Source: an uncultured Gemmatimonadales bacterium
GTDB taxonomy: Bacteria; Gemmatimonadota; Gemmatimonadetes; Longimicrobiales; RSA9
Direction of reading: 5' to 3'
DNA: 64,000 nucleotides
Assembly: GCA_963798085.1 (NCBI GenBank)
Contig: CAWCRS010000003.1
Span: 1,024,001 to 1,088,000, forward strand
Each line of letters opens with the position of its first letter. Within the stretch, counting starts at the first letter, position 1. Below are positions 63,427 to 64,000 of the stretch, one piece after another. The notes under the pieces were generated by a model, which searched no databases, was not told where the DNA came from, and worked only from the letters and a program-made list of their open reading frames with translations. Position numbers and translations under genes: made by a program.

Positions 63427-64000
63427 TCAGTCTACTGGCCGCACTCCGGCAGACTCGTCCGCCAGCCGTGCGCGCTCTGTGCTGTCGTAGGGCACGGCCG
63501 CGGTGTAGCCCCAGCCGAGGTAGCGCGCGACGGCTGCCTGGCACTCGGTCGCGCGCGCAGGCGGCGCGGCGGCGCCCACCAGACCGGGAAGCGTTGCGCG
63601 AGCGAAGGCCGCTGTCGCGCTCGGCTGATCGTCGACCCCGCCAATCGTCACGCGGCCCGCCACCGCCTCCTGCACGAGCCACTTCCGCCAACCGGCGAGC
63701 TCCCGCGTCCACCACAGGCCGGCAATCGCGCGGGCGAGCGCGAGCTGGAGCGAGTCGGTCGGGCCCGCACTGGCCGCCCTGCCCATGGCCTGCCGTGTCG
63801 TCGCGATCGCCTGCTCCAGGCCGAAGAAGTCGTAGCTTCCCGCCTCGAACAGCACCGCGCTGAAACCGCAGCGTGTCACCAGGCGCTCAACGACGCGCGC
63901 CTTCACGCCGAACCCGCGCGCCTCGCCGTGCTCCGGCAACTCGCCGAGAACGACGACGCGCTTGCTGCACACCGCAGCGGCGACGCGCGCGGCCGCCTGT
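63427..64000 (-). CDS. Erythromycin-esterase-like protein; 5' end outside the window, 3' end probably truncated
   Basis: KRVVVLGELPEHGE...KARVVERLV...GFSAVLFE; stops soon after this N-terminal region. Confidence 0.6.
   Translation of the reverse strand, partial: QAAARVAAAVCSKRVVVLGELPEHGEARGFGVKARVVERLVTRCGFSAVLFEAGSYDFFGLEQAIATTRQAMGRAASAGPTDSLQLALARAIAGLWWTRELAGWRKWLVQEAVAGRVTIGGVDDQPSATAAFARATLPGLVGAAAPPARATECQAAVARYLGWGYTAAVPYDSTERARLADESAGVRPVD

Overview
A high-GC (~69-70% by eye) bacterial chromosomal segment. The gene content (PadR plus orphan duplicated ABC-permease pairs, a GWxTD-type protein, 6-bladed beta-propeller lipoproteins, a Ser/Thr kinase-TolB_N-TPR protein, PD40-amidohydrolase) suggests Gemmatimonadota or a similar lineage; this is an inference. 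About 45 CDSs, mostly secreted enzymes, transporters and regulators, plus a DEAD-box helicase, recQ, xfp-ackA and yebC. No rRNA, tRNA, CRISPR array, transposase or integrase was seen. Several single-base lesions in otherwise intact genes point to assembly error or local decay. The main unexplained feature is a family of fixed-length (143-145 bp, six of eight exactly 144 bp), almost entirely intergenic, dyad-symmetric elements, with 8 copies plus one 230-bp variant in the first 30.4 kb. Each has conserved inverted ends (TCGGACCGTCTTGGCRTTCTT-NNN-TT), always one G[G/C]G end paired with one TC[C/G] end, a pseudo-palindromic 26-bp core at the centre, and poorly conserved arms whose length is nevertheless fixed. 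Other observations: an apparently over-represented CTAAC(G/A) motif that accounts for most rare TTA codons seen, a lone integron attC-like site, a near-perfect operator over a probably leaderless padR promoter, and a 52.8-64 kb zone of spliced gene fragments. All counts were made by eye, and family calls come from motif recognition rather than database searches.
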